Of a DNA stretch of 64,000 nt, positions 20,231-29,458 are shown in pieces. The DNA is from an uncultured Alphaproteobacteria bacterium (GTDB lineage: Bacteria; Pseudomonadota; Alphaproteobacteria; CAAHEQ01; UBA3637). Under the pieces are notes generated by a model. It saw only the letters and a list, made by a program, of their open reading frames with translations. It searched no databases and was not told where the DNA came from. Location of the stretch: positions 12,287 to 76,286 of the forward strand of contig CALXUR010000003.1 of the NCBI GenBank assembly GCA_944391735.1, in the 5' to 3' direction. The stretch's first letter is position 1; each line of letters starts with the position of its first letter. Made by a program: the position numbers and the translations under genes.

Positions 20231-20266
20231 AAGAAAGCGGTTCATATTTGAACCGCTTTCTTTTTA
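20231..20266 (+). terminator. Rho-independent terminator after ssb
   Basis: AAGAAAGCGGTTCA-tattt-GAACCGCTTTCTT followed by a T-run. Confidence 0.65.
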
Positions 20267-20433
20267 TTCAATACCGCTTTTAATCATAACACAAAAATGA
20301 ACAATATTTTTTTATACTTTTAAGAAAATTCATAGATTTTATTTTTCCTTTAAAATTTAATAAATTTTTCTTGTCCAACAATCTTTTTCTATGCTATTTA
20401 AGATTCATTATTTTTATATAGAAAGGAAGATTT

Positions 20434-21552
20434 ATGGATAAAAAACAAACCGCTAATCTAAGAAATCAATCTTGTCAAAATGAGTCGGGAAAATCGATGG
20501 TTGAAATGTTGGGTGTCTTGGCTTTGATGGGATTATTGGCTATTCTGGGGGCTAAAGGATATAATATGGCGATGGAACGTGTGGCGTCGACCCGGATTTT
20601 GAATGAAGTCAATCGACGCTCCGTTGTTTACGCACAACAGATGATGAGTCATACCGAACTGTCGGAATTGGATTCGTCAGAGATGCCCGAAACAATAGAA
20701 GGCGGATATGCTTTTTCAGCCCGGCCTTTGGATAACGCTTTTTTTACGATTACCGTTGAAAATGTGGAAAAAGAAGTCTGTGCTCACATGGTTGATTTGA
20801 ATATGAAAACGGCGTTACGGCTACGTGTTGACGGGCAGATTTCCACAGGGGACAGTCAGATTTGCCAAAAAAGCAACGGCACGTTGGAATATACATTTTC
20901 TAAATTGTTAACTCCTTGTGAGGATTGTTTGGATAATATAACGACTTGTTCTTCAAACGCAGATTGTGAGGCAAATTATGAGTGTAAAAACGGCGTTTGC
21001 TCTTGTGCAATTCCATGTGGTGAGGCGTGTTGTTCAAGCGGTGAGACATGTGTTAATGGAGCTTGCTCGGTTGTTCAGGGCTGCACCAGTGATTTAGATT
21101 GTGACAACGGTATTTGTTTTTCGGATGGCGTGTGTGGGTGCCGGAGTTGGCGTGATTGCAATGAGGAATCCTATTGCGTCTGGCAAGATAGAACGCATTA
21201 TACTTGCTCCGGACGAGCCGACATTGCCCCAGGCAGTGATACGGGACCCTTCGGATGGATGGCGTCCAGCGTTACCATGCGTCAGGAAACGGCGGCGGAT
21301 TTTTGTGATAAGTATGGCAAATCTGATCCAACGGCTGTTGAGGTTGGTATATCGAATTTAGATGCAAATGGATCAATGACACCACCCGATTTTTTGGCGT
21401 GGCTTGGTCAAGGGAATTATTGGATTCAAGGAACAGATCCTTGGGGAAAAGGGTCGCGAGCTCTTATCTACATACATCCAAATAAAAAAATGAATTGGGG
21501 TAGTTTTAATTTGGGATATTTTTATAATAAAAATTATGCCCTCTGTCATTGA
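20434..21552 (+). CDS. Prepilin-type pilin-like protein with a Cys-rich C-terminal domain, paralog of 5871..7406
   Basis: ...QNESG|KSMVEMLGVLALMGLLAILGAKGY prepilin-like N-terminus. The C-terminal half is dense in Cys (CEDCLDNITTCSSNADCEANYECKNGVCSC...). Confidence 0.6.
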   Translation: MDKKQTANLRNQSCQNESGKSMVEMLGVLALMGLLAILGAKGYNMAMERVASTRILNEVNRRSVVYAQQMMSHTELSELDSSEMPETIEGGYAFSARPLDNAFFTITVENVEKEVCAHMVDLNMKTALRLRVDGQISTGDSQICQKSNGTLEYTFSKLLTPCEDCLDNITTCSSNADCEANYECKNGVCSCAIPCGEACCSSGETCVNGACSVVQGCTSDLDCDNGICFSDGVCGCRSWRDCNEESYCVWQDRTHYTCSGRADIAPGSDTGPFGWMASSVTMRQETAADFCDKYGKSDPTAVEVGISNLDANGSMTPPDFLAWLGQGNYWIQGTDPWGKGSRALIYIHPNKKMNWGSFNLGYFYNKNYALCH

Positions 21553-21700
21553 TTTTTCAAAGGCTTTTACCCCTTGTTTCCCAAACAGAATGCAAGGGGC
21601 AAAAAAATCCCGAAAAAAGCTTTTTTTGCTTGCGAAAAAAGTGAAAAAATGATACGCTGTTTCCAGTTATTTTTGAAGCGTTGAAAAGGGAATAAAAACA

Positions 21701-24496
21701 ATGACAGAACTGAATGAAACAGCGATCAGCACGGGTGTTGTGGATGTGATGCCGACACCGATTGAAGAGGAAATGCGCAAGTCATACCTTGATTATGCGA
21801 TGAGTGTGATCGTATCACGGGCTTTGCCGGATGTGCGTGACGGGTTAAAGCCGGTTCATCGGCGTATTTTGTTTTCAATGAATGAAAACGGATATGATTA
21901 CAACAAACCGTTCCGTAAATCGGCGCGTATCGTCGGTGATGTTATGGGTAAATACCACCCGCACGGGGACAGTTCGATTTATGAAGCCATGGTGCGGATG
22001 GCTCAAACTTTTTCAATGCGGGTTCCGTTAATTGATTCGCAAGGTAATTTCGGATCGATGGACGGAGACAAAGCGGCCGCGATGCGATACACGGAAGCGC
22101 GTTTGGCGCAGACGGCGCATTGGTTGTTGGAAGACATTGACCGCGATACGGTTGATTTCCGACCGAACTATGATGAAACGTGTCAGGAGCCGGAAGTGTT
22201 ACCGGCGCGGTTCCCGAACCTGTTGGTGAACGGATCGGGCGGTATTGCGGTCGGTATGGCAACAAATATCCCGCCACATAATTTAGGCGAAGTTGTTTCG
22301 GCCTGTATTGCAACGATTGATAATCCCGCTATTACTCCGGAGGAGTTAATGGAGTATGTTCCGGGGCCGGATTTCCCGACGGGGGGCATTATCTTGGGGC
22401 GTGGCGGTGCGCGTTCGGCCTATTTGACGGGGCGCGGGTCGGTTATCATGCGCGGGCGGTGCACGATTGAAGAGATTAAGAAAGACAAGACGGCGATTGT
22501 TGTTTCCGAGATTCCGTATCAGGTCAACAAGGCGCAGATGATCATTCGGATTGCCGAATTGGTTAAAGAAAAAGTCATTGACGGCATATCCGATTTGCGG
22601 GATGAATCCGACCGGCAAGGTGTGCGGGTTGTGATTGAATTGAAAAAAGACGCTTATCCGGATGTGGTTTTAAATCAACTATACAAATATACGCCGCTTC
22701 AGACAAGCTTTGGCATGAACATGTTGGCTCTGAACAACGGGCGGCCGGAATTGATGACATTGAAACAAATGATCGACGCGTTTATTTTGTTCCGCGAGGA
22801 AGTGGTGCGTCGCCGGACGATCTTTGAATTGAACAAAGCGCGAGACAGGGCACATGTGTTGGTTGGTTTGGCGATCGCCGTGGCCAATCTGGACAAGGTG
22901 ATTGAAATGATTAAAACGGCACCTGATCCGATGACGGCCAAGCAACGTTTGATGGAAACGCGGTGGGAAGCGCAGGATGTCGAATCATTAATTGCTTTGA
23001 TTGACGAGCCGGATCGGAAAGTTGAAAACGGTGTCTATATGTTATCCGAGGCGCAGGCCAAGGCTATTTTGGATTTAAAATTAAATCGTTTGACCGGGCT
23101 GGAACGTGATAAAATACATGGAGAAGTGGGTGAATTGGCCGCTTTAATCAAAGGGTATTTGGCGACGTTGGGGTCTCATGAAAAAATCTATGCGATTATT
23201 CGGGAAGAATTGGAAACCTTGAAAGCACAGTATCCGGATGAACGGCGAACCACGATTGAAGATGCCGAGTTTGAGCAGGATATGGAAGATTTAATTCCGC
23301 GCGAACAGATGGTGGTAACGGTTACGAATACGGGTTATATTAAACGGGTGCCTTTGTCAACTTACCGGGCGCAACACCGGGGTGGCAAAGGTCGTTCGGG
23401 GATGAGTACGCGTGATGAGGATACGGTGGCGAATCTGTTTGTGGCGTGTACGCACAGTCCTTTATTGTTTTTCTCGAGCCGTGGTATTGTGTATAAAATT
23501 AAGACCTATCGTTTGCCGGAGGGATCGCCTCAATCATTGGGGAAGGCTTTAATCAATTTATTGCCGCTACAACAAGGGGAAACGATTTCCACGATTTTAA
23601 CTTTACCGGAAACGGAAGAGGAATGCGATAACTTGACCGTTATGTTTGCGACGGCCAGCGGCGGTGTGCGGCGAAATCGGTTGTCAGACTTCTGGCGCGT
23701 CAACCAAAACGGCAAGATTGCCATGAAGTTGGACGAAGGGGATCAATTGATCGGTGTTTCTATTTGCACGGATGAAGATGATATTTTGTTAGCGGCCGCT
23801 CAAGGTAAATGTGTGCGTTTCCCGGTCAGTGATGTGCGGATTTTCGAATCGCGCGCTTCAACGGGCGTTCGGGGAATGAAGTTGAGCGACGGAGACAAAG
23901 TGATTTCGATGTCTGTTATCAAACATGCTAAGGCCGATATTGACAAGCGGGACGCGTATTTAAAGGAGGCTGCGGCTCGACGTCGTGCGGCGGGTGCCTC
24001 GGATGAAAATGAGGCGGTTGAGAGCGAACAATCCGTTAACACGGTTTTAACGCCGGCGGAATTTGACAAGATGGCTGCGGAGGAAGAGTTTATTTTGACT
24101 TTGACATCGGCCGGATACGGCAAGCGTTCCAGCGCGTATGAATACCGTATCACATCGCGCGGCACGTCCGGGGTTGTCAACATCAAAACGGACGAAGGTA
24201 AACGAGCGGCGGATGTTGTGGCGTCCATGCCGGTTCCGGCGGGGTCGCACATTATGCTTGTAACCGACGGCGGAAAGTTAATCCGTATGCGGACGGACGA
24301 TATCCGAATTGCGGGACGGTCGACAATGGGTGTCATTTTGTTCCGTCTGGATAAAAATGAAAAAGTCGTGTCCGCGACATGCATTACGGATATCGGTGAT
24401 GAAACGGCGGAAGATGAAGCGGCGGAGATGAACGCCGGCGCGATTGTTCAGGAATCACAACCTGTTCAAGAATTTGTAACGGAAGAGGAGGTTTAA
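21701..24496 (+). CDS. gyrA: DNA gyrase subunit A
   Basis: 931 aa with the GyrA-box [10 protein letters not shown] and an acidic tail. Confidence 0.95.
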   Translation: MTELNETAISTGVVDVMPTPIEEEMRKSYLDYAMSVIVSRALPDVRDGLKPVHRRILFSMNENGYDYNKPFRKSARIVGDVMGKYHPHGDSSIYEAMVRMAQTFSMRVPLIDSQGNFGSMDGDKAAAMRYTEARLAQTAHWLLEDIDRDTVDFRPNYDETCQEPEVLPARFPNLLVNGSGGIAVGMATNIPPHNLGEVVSACIATIDNPAITPEELMEYVPGPDFPTGGIILGRGGARSAYLTGRGSVIMRGRCTIEEIKKDKTAIVVSEIPYQVNKAQMIIRIAELVKEKVIDGISDLRDESDRQGVRVVIELKKDAYPDVVLNQLYKYTPLQTSFGMNMLALNNGRPELMTLKQMIDAFILFREEVVRRRTIFELNKARDRAHVLVGLAIAVANLDKVIEMIKTAPDPMTAKQRLMETRWEAQDVESLIALIDEPDRKVENGVYMLSEAQAKAILDLKLNRLTGLERDKIHGEVGELAALIKGYLATLGSHEKIYAIIREELETLKAQYPDERRTTIEDAEFEQDMEDLIPREQMVVTVTNTGYIKRVPLSTYRAQHRGGKGRSGMSTRDEDTVANLFVACTHSPLLFFSSRGIVYKIKTYRLPEGSPQSLGKALINLLPLQQGETISTILTLPETEEECDNLTVMFATASGGVRRNRLSDFWRVNQNGKIAMKLDEGDQLIGVSICTDEDDILLAAAQGKCVRFPVSDVRIFESRASTGVRGMKLSDGDKVISMSVIKHAKADIDKRDAYLKEAAARRRAAGASDENEAVESEQSVNTVLTPAEFDKMAAEEEFILTLTSAGYGKRSSAYEYRITSRGTSGVVNIKTDEGKRAADVVASMPVPAGSHIMLVTDGGKLIRMRTDDIRIAGRSTMGVILFRLDKNEKVVSATCITDIGDETAEDEAAEMNAGAIVQESQPVQEFVTEEEV

Positions 24497-24499
24497 CAA

Positions 24500-24775
24500 A
24501 TGTGTCCGTGTCCTTTTTGCACAGCGATAGCTATTTTATTGGCTCCTTTGTTATTCTTTAAACCGACGCGTGCGTGGTTAAAGAAGAAAATAAAAAAACA
24601 CCACGGTTCATGTGATGTGTGTCAACAGGCCGAACATGAAATGCATTTAAAAGAGCATACGGTTTGTCATTGCAACGCATGTCGGGCGGCCGAGAAAAAA
24701 CGTCATGAAAAATCAAAATCCGGCTTGGGAAAAAGACGGACGACTTCTAAAACAAATAAGGGGAAAAAGAAATAA
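24500..24775 (+). CDS. Hypothetical small His/Cys-rich basic protein with an N-terminal hydrophobic segment
   Basis: ATG sits 4 nt after the gyrA stop. Product MCPCPFCTAIAILLAPLLFF...HHGSCDVCQQAEHEMHLKEHTVCHCNACR. Possibly metal-binding. Confidence 0.35.
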   Translation: MCPCPFCTAIAILLAPLLFFKPTRAWLKKKIKKHHGSCDVCQQAEHEMHLKEHTVCHCNACRAAEKKRHEKSKSGLGKRRTTSKTNKGKKK

Positions 24776-24776
24776 A

Positions 24777-24944
24777 ATGAAGAAAAAAATAGGTATTAAA
24801 AAAACAAAAATGAATATTTTTTGGTTATTTTTGGTCGGTGTGCTTGTCGGTGTTATCATCGGGTTGCGGCAGTCTGTGTCCGAGCCGGTGGTTTCGGACG
24901 TGAATCCGGCACAAATAAGTCAAGGAAAGGGGAATCAATCATGA
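24777..24944 (+). CDS. Hypothetical small single-TM protein (55 aa)
   Basis: MKKKIGIKKTKMNIFWLFLVGVLVGVIIGL... The start directly follows the previous stop. The stop overlaps the ppi start (ATGA). Confidence 0.3.
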   Translation: MKKKIGIKKTKMNIFWLFLVGVLVGVIIGLRQSVSEPVVSDVNPAQISQGKGNQS

Positions 24945-25486
24945 AAAAATATTTAGTCGCCCTTTTAATGGGGTTATTTATCACAACAGCAGGAAAGGCA
25001 GAAACAATGGATAAGGATAATTTACTGTATATGGATTTAGATTACGGTCGCGTGGAGATTTTATTAAATCCGGAGATTGCGCCGAATCATGTGGCTCGAA
25101 TCAAGGAGTTAACGCGTCAGGGATTTTATGACGGTGTTAAGTTTCATCGGGTTATTCCCGGGTTTATGGCTCAAACCGGAGATCCGACGGGAACAGGCAT
25201 GGGCGGGTCCGGCAAAAAGTTAAAAGCCGAATTTAATAAAGAACCGCACGTTCGCGGAACGGTATCAATGGCGCGTGCAATGGATCCGGATAGTGCCGAC
25301 AGTCAATTTTTTATTTGTTTTGACGATGCCCGTTTTCTGGACGGACAATATACCGTTTTCGGAAAGGTTATTTCCGGAATGGAATATATTGATATGATTA
25401 AAGCCGGCACGTCCGCCAATAACGGGGCAGTTGCCAATCCGGATATTATCGTTAAAATGCAGGTCGCATCCGACGTTAAAGAATAA
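24941..25486 (+). CDS. ppiA: Periplasmic peptidyl-prolyl cis-trans isomerase (cyclophilin type)
   Basis: Signal peptide. FHRVIPGFMAQTGDP and other cyclophilin motifs. Confidence 0.85.
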   Translation: MKKYLVALLMGLFITTAGKAETMDKDNLLYMDLDYGRVEILLNPEIAPNHVARIKELTRQGFYDGVKFHRVIPGFMAQTGDPTGTGMGGSGKKLKAEFNKEPHVRGTVSMARAMDPDSADSQFFICFDDARFLDGQYTVFGKVISGMEYIDMIKAGTSANNGAVANPDIIVKMQVASDVKE

Positions 25487-25508
25487 GGGATCGATTGTGT
25501 ATTTCGGG

Positions 25509-25539
25509 CTCCCCCTTGCGAGCGGGGGAGTTTTTTTTT
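25509..25539 (+). terminator. Rho-independent terminator after ppi
   Basis: CTCCCCC-ttgcgagc-GGGGGAG followed by T9. Confidence 0.65.
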
Positions 25540-25566
25540 GACAAAAAAGAAAATGTGTGGTATACT
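25538..25566 (+). promoter_or_regulatory. Strong promoter with an extended -10
   Basis: TTGACA, 17 nt spacer, TGgTATACT. It is followed by the AAGGAGG RBS of the 25594 ORF. Confidence 0.6.
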
Positions 25567-25593
25567 GTAATTGTATTGAAAAGGAGGCCGAAC

Positions 25594-25743
25594 ATGACAG
25601 GATTAAAAGTATTGGATTCGATTTTGACGATTGCCGCTGTTTTGGAGGCGGCCTATAAAGCCGGTCAATTTATATCTAAAGCCGTTACACGGAATAATAA
25701 ACCGACGCCGCGGCGAAAAAATTTGGCCTATTGTCGGTCGTAA
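25594..25743 (+). CDS. Hypothetical small protein (49 aa), apparently highly expressed
   Basis: Consensus promoter, perfect RBS, and terminators on both sides. Product MTGLKVLDSILTIAAVLEAAYKAGQFISKAVTRNNKPTPRRKNLAYCRS. Confidence 0.45.
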   Translation: MTGLKVLDSILTIAAVLEAAYKAGQFISKAVTRNNKPTPRRKNLAYCRS

Positions 25744-25756
25744 TAAAAAAAGACAT

Positions 25757-25786
25757 AAAGGGGGATAAGTGCCCCCTTTTTTATTT
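25757..25786 (+). terminator. Rho-independent terminator
   Basis: AAAGGGGG-ataagtg-CCCCCTTT followed by a T-run. Confidence 0.6.
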
Positions 25787-25813
25787 GACTTTCACATTAT
25801 CTTCTGTTAATGT
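25785..25813 (+). promoter_or_regulatory. Candidate promoter of a non-coding transcript
   Basis: TTGACT (25785-25790), 17 nt spacer, TAATGT (25808-25813). Confidence 0.45.
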
Positions 25814-25819
25814 TTCAAC

Positions 25820-25979
25820 CGCAAGCGAGGTGCTTGCAGAGGCTCGAAACCTCTATGACGCTGTCTGCCCAATCGGGCGGATGTCGGGGAATAAGATCCC
25901 TTGGGGTCAAATAACCCGAGCTGTGCGTTATCAGCTTTCGAGCTCCGCCCACCTTGGTCTGTGCCAAGGTGGTTTTTTT
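25820..25979 (+). ncRNA. Candidate structured small RNA of about 160 nt (family unknown), bounded by its own promoter and terminator
   Basis: Several local hairpins (GCAAGC-gaggt-GCTTGC; AGAGG-ctcgaaa-CCTCT; GAGCTG...CAGCT) and a terminal CCACCTTGG-tctgtg-CCAAGGTGG hairpin followed by T7. The overlapping track ORF 25731..26018 runs through two terminators. Confidence 0.35.
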
Positions 25980-26004
25980 AACTTAAAAAATAAAGGAGCA
26001 TATC

Positions 26005-26400
26005 ATGCAAAATTTTAATCAACTATATATCACTCATCTGATCGGACAGGATATCGATCGTATCCGACACGAAATCGCTTTACTTTGTCGCCGTTCCAGA
26101 GTGGAACAAGCCTTAAGCCTTCGTATGGTTGAACAACAAACCGGCGGCGCGGTAACGGCGAAACAGCTGGATAAAATCGAAACGGAACAAAAACAAAAGA
26201 TAAATCTGGATTACTTGTGCTTGTTGGCGCGATCCCTGAATCGCCGGTTACAGGTTACTTTTATTCCGATTGATGAAACAGAGAAACTGACCATCCCTCG
26301 TTCGTGGTTGAAGTCGATGTTCGCTGTGGAACCACCCGTCTGTCAATCGGATGAGTCGACAAAAACGACGACACAACCGACACCCGTCTGTTCGGATTAA
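26005..26400 (+). CDS. XRE-family helix-turn-helix transcriptional regulator
   Basis: HTH-like segment LSLRMVEQQTGGAVTAKQLDKIETEQKQKINLDYLCLLARSL. Confidence 0.55.
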   Translation: MQNFNQLYITHLIGQDIDRIRHEIALLCRRSRVEQALSLRMVEQQTGGAVTAKQLDKIETEQKQKINLDYLCLLARSLNRRLQVTFIPIDETEKLTIPRSWLKSMFAVEPPVCQSDESTKTTTQPTPVCSD

Positions 26401-26469
26401 ATCAACTATCCCCGCCCCTCTCGGGCGGGGATAACGATATCCGATTTTTATGATAAAAAATCAAAATTG

Positions 26470-27204
26470 TTAATACCGAACGGAAATAAAGTAAAGGCCG
26501 GACGCGGGTGCCGTTTCCCCGCCTTGTTTGCGATCGCACGCCTTAAACGCGTGTTTGAAATCATCGACCGTCCATTTGCCACACCCGACATAGGCCAGGC
26601 TGCCGGCTATATTTCGGACTTGATGATATAAAAAGGATCGGGCTTTGATTCGGATGAAAACAAAATCACCCTGACGGGAAACGGTCAATTCATCAATCGT
26701 TTTAACGGGGGATTTGGCTTGACATTGAGCGGCGCGAAACGTGGACAAATCATGCTTGCCAATCAATAAATCGGCGGCCTGTTGCATTTTAACTTCATCC
26801 AACGGATGAACAAACCACCAGACGCGTTGATGATCCAAGGCCGGCGGAAAACGGGTATTTTGAATTTTATACAAATACTCTCGTTGACGGGCACTAAAAC
26901 GCGCATGGAAATCATCGGAAACCGCTTCAACGGATTTGATTGAAATCGGATGGGGACGAACCAAAGCGTTAATTGATTCCCGCAGTTTATACACATTTTG
27001 TTCCGTGGCACAGTCAAAATGCGCAACTTGTCCGACGGCGTGAACACCGGCGTCCGTTCGGCCGCTGCCTTGAACATCTACGGGTTCCCGAACGGCGATT
27101 GATACGGCTTTTTCCAAGACGCTTTGAACGGACAGATGTCCCTCTTGTTTTTGCCATCCGACAAACGGTGTTCCGTCATATTCAACCGTCAATTTATACC
27201 GCAA
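26470..27204 (-). CDS. truA: tRNA pseudouridine(38-40) synthase
   Basis: RYKLTVEYDGTPFVGWQKQ...GRTDAGVHA is a TruA signature. Confidence 0.9.
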   Translation of the reverse strand: MRYKLTVEYDGTPFVGWQKQEGHLSVQSVLEKAVSIAVREPVDVQGSGRTDAGVHAVGQVAHFDCATEQNVYKLRESINALVRPHPISIKSVEAVSDDFHARFSARQREYLYKIQNTRFPPALDHQRVWWFVHPLDEVKMQQAADLLIGKHDLSTFRAAQCQAKSPVKTIDELTVSRQGDFVFIRIKARSFLYHQVRNIAGSLAYVGCGKWTVDDFKHAFKACDRKQGGETAPASGLYFISVRY

Positions 27205-28105
27205 GGCGTGTTCCTTTCGGCAATGTCCACCCTTTCAACAGATCTTCGGCGGGCATGATTTTTTTACCGGCGCGTTGTAAAACCGTCAGGCGCAGAGCTG
27301 TTCCGCCACCACAGGCGATAAGCAGGCGATCATCCAAAACCGTTCCGGGAACGGCATCCGTCCGCGTGGGTTCGACTTCGGCACCGAACACGCGGATTCG
27401 TTCGGAACCGTGCATGAAATAAGCGATTGGAAACGGATTAAAAGCGCGGATATCCCGTTCAATTTGCATAGCCGACTTTGTCCAATCAATTAAGGCTTCT
27501 TCTTTTCTGATTTTATCGGCATAGGTGATTCCGTCGGTCGGTTGGGGGGTCGGGCTGGGCATTTCCGCCAACGTTTTTAACATTAAGTCCGCACCCAGAA
27601 CGGCCAATTGATCATGCAAGTTACCCGCCGTTGTATCCGGTGTAATGGGAACAACGCCTTTTAACAGCATATCGCCGGTATCCAATCCCGCGTCCATTTG
27701 CATAATGGTGATGCCCGATTCGGCGTCTCCGGCCTGAATAGCGCGTTGAATCGGTGCCGCGCCGCGCCAACGGGGCAACAGGGAGGCGTGCACGTTCAGA
27801 CATCCCAAACGGGGGGCATCCAAAACAGCTTGCGGTAAAATCAAACCATAAGCGCACACAACACCGATATCGGCTTTTAACGCGGCGAATTCGGCCTGAA
27901 CCTCAGGTTTGCGCAGACTTATCGGACAACGGACGGGAATACCCAATTGTTCGGCCGTGATTTGAACGGCGGAGGGAGAGAGTTTCAAACCCTTACCGGC
28001 CGGTCGGGGCGGTTGTGTATAGGCGCAAATGACTTCATGTTTGGCCGCAATGGCTTTTAAAACGGTTGCCGCGATATCCGGCGTTCCCATAAACACAACT
28101 TTCAT
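27194..28105 (-). CDS. fmt: Methionyl-tRNA formyltransferase
   Basis: MKVVFMGTPDIA start. Formyltransferase N- and C-domains. Overlaps the def stop. Confidence 0.9.
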   Translation of the reverse strand: MKVVFMGTPDIAATVLKAIAAKHEVICAYTQPPRPAGKGLKLSPSAVQITAEQLGIPVRCPISLRKPEVQAEFAALKADIGVVCAYGLILPQAVLDAPRLGCLNVHASLLPRWRGAAPIQRAIQAGDAESGITIMQMDAGLDTGDMLLKGVVPITPDTTAGNLHDQLAVLGADLMLKTLAEMPSPTPQPTDGITYADKIRKEEALIDWTKSAMQIERDIRAFNPFPIAYFMHGSERIRVFGAEVEPTRTDAVPGTVLDDRLLIACGGGTALRLTVLQRAGKKIMPAEDLLKGWTLPKGTRLAV

Positions 28106-28106
28106 A

Positions 28107-28637
28107 TTATACCTCGGCTTCCTCGGCAAGACGCGCCTCTTTTTTGCGACGCTTTTCCAAATGTTTCAGCAATAATTTACGTTTTAAGGGTGACAAATAA
28201 TCGATAAACAACTTACCGTCCAAGTGGTCGATTTCGTGTTGAAAAGCGACAGCCAAAAGGCCTTCGGCCGTGCGGGTTTGGGGATGTCCGTTTTCATCCA
28301 GATACCGGACGGTGACGCGCGCATGCCGTTCCACATCGGCATATTCGCGCGGAACGGACAGGCACCCTTCGTTATGACAGATCATTTCATCGGATCGATC
28401 AATAATTTCGGGATTAACCAATTTTATGGGATCCGGTTGTTCTCCGCCGCAATCAACAACAACCATGCGGCGCAATTCACCGACCTGGTTACCGGCCAGC
28501 CCGACGCCATGGGTGGCATACATAGTTTCCAACATATCCGCCAACAGTTGTTTAACGGCGGGTGTAACGGCCTGAACCGGCTCTGCTTTTTGCCGCAAAA
28601 CCGGGTGCGGCACTTCCAAGACTTGTAATTTTGACAT
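28107..28637 (-). CDS. def: Peptide deformylase
   Basis: GLAGNQVG, EGCLS and HEIDHL motifs. Start at MSKLQVLEVP. Confidence 0.9.
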   Translation of the reverse strand: MSKLQVLEVPHPVLRQKAEPVQAVTPAVKQLLADMLETMYATHGVGLAGNQVGELRRMVVVDCGGEQPDPIKLVNPEIIDRSDEMICHNEGCLSVPREYADVERHARVTVRYLDENGHPQTRTAEGLLAVAFQHEIDHLDGKLFIDYLSPLKRKLLLKHLEKRRKKEARLAEEAEV

Positions 28638-28702
28638 TTTTTCTTTCCTTTTCCTGTCACCTATTATATAATAAAAAGAGTTCATTTGCAAAGGAGAAAT
28701 TC

Positions 28703-29254
28703 ATGATACGTTTATTTGCGGGGTTGAGCCTGCCGGAAGAAATCAAAAAACAGTTGACAGACCTGCAAAGAAACCTGCCCGGTGCTTTGTGGCGTCCGGC
28801 CGAAAAAATGCATTTGACATTGCGGTTTATCGGGAACCTGGAAGAGCCTTTGGCGGAAGATGTTTTAAAAGAACTGCGCTATATTCGTTTTCCGGCTTTT
28901 CATTATTCTTTAAAAGGAGTCGGGTATTTTGCGCGCGGTGATGTGCCGCACCATATTTGGGTCGGTGTTGATGAAGACAAAGCGATACGCGAATTGCAAG
29001 AAAAAGTGGATCATGCCGTTAAGAAAGCGGGGGCGGGTCAGGAAGATAAATTTAAATTTGTGCCGCATGTGACATTAGGGAAACTGATCGGTTCGGATAT
29101 GGTGGATGTTTTTAAATTTATTCAGGAAAATAACTTGTTTCATTCGGATGTTTTTGAAGCTTCTTCATTCACGTTGTATCAGAGCATTGCGCGTGAGAAT
29201 GGCGAAGGAAAATATTATAAGGAAATTGAAGAGTATCCTTTGATGTTGGTTTAG
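28703..29254 (+). CDS. thpR: RNA 2',3'-cyclic phosphodiesterase / 2'-5' RNA ligase family
   Basis: Two HxT/S motifs (HLTLRF and HVTLGK). RBS AAAGGAG. Confidence 0.8.
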   Translation: MIRLFAGLSLPEEIKKQLTDLQRNLPGALWRPAEKMHLTLRFIGNLEEPLAEDVLKELRYIRFPAFHYSLKGVGYFARGDVPHHIWVGVDEDKAIRELQEKVDHAVKKAGAGQEDKFKFVPHVTLGKLIGSDMVDVFKFIQENNLFHSDVFEASSFTLYQSIARENGEGKYYKEIEEYPLMLV

Positions 29255-29266
29255 GAGGGGTCGCAT

Positions 29267-29410
29267 GCGTCATTTGATAAAGCCTCGTGTTTTACATCCG
29301 GGAGATACTGTCGCAACTATTTCTTTATCCTGGGGCGGGGCCGGATTATATCGAGAGCGTTACGAGCAAGGCAAGAGGCAGTTTGAGGAAGCGTTTGGTT
29401 ATTTTTAGAA
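29267..29410 (+). pseudogene. ldcA: N-terminal remnant (about 47 aa) of an LD-carboxypeptidase (LdcA/MccF family) gene
   Basis: MRHLIKPRVLHPGDTVATISLSWGGAGLYRERYEQGKRQFEEAFGYF then stop. Matches the LdcA N-terminal block (LkpGD.i.vvaPSsg...). The rest of the gene is absent. Confidence 0.45.
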
Positions 29411-29458
29411 CAGAAAACAATTGTTAGTCAGAAAATATATCTTGATCGGATTTCATTT

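Noticed and set aside
21553-21700. Hairpin CCCCTTG...CAAGGGG and a TTGCGA/TACGCT promoter-like pair upstream of gyrA
   Set aside because: The hairpin has a 16-nt loop and is followed by an A-run, not a T-run. The -10 is weak. It was not called.
25820-25979. Identification of the structured RNA as SRP RNA, 6S, tmRNA piece or RNase P
   Set aside because: It lacks the SRP domain IV GGAAGCAGCC-type motif, a tRNA-like TpsiC element, and a 6S-like end-to-end closing stem. Its 3' end is a simple terminator hairpin. It is left as unknown.
25731-26018. 95-aa ORF covering the candidate sRNA region
   Set aside because: It starts inside the upstream gene's terminator region and runs through two intrinsic terminators and a promoter. 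There is no RBS. The region is better explained as a non-coding transcript.
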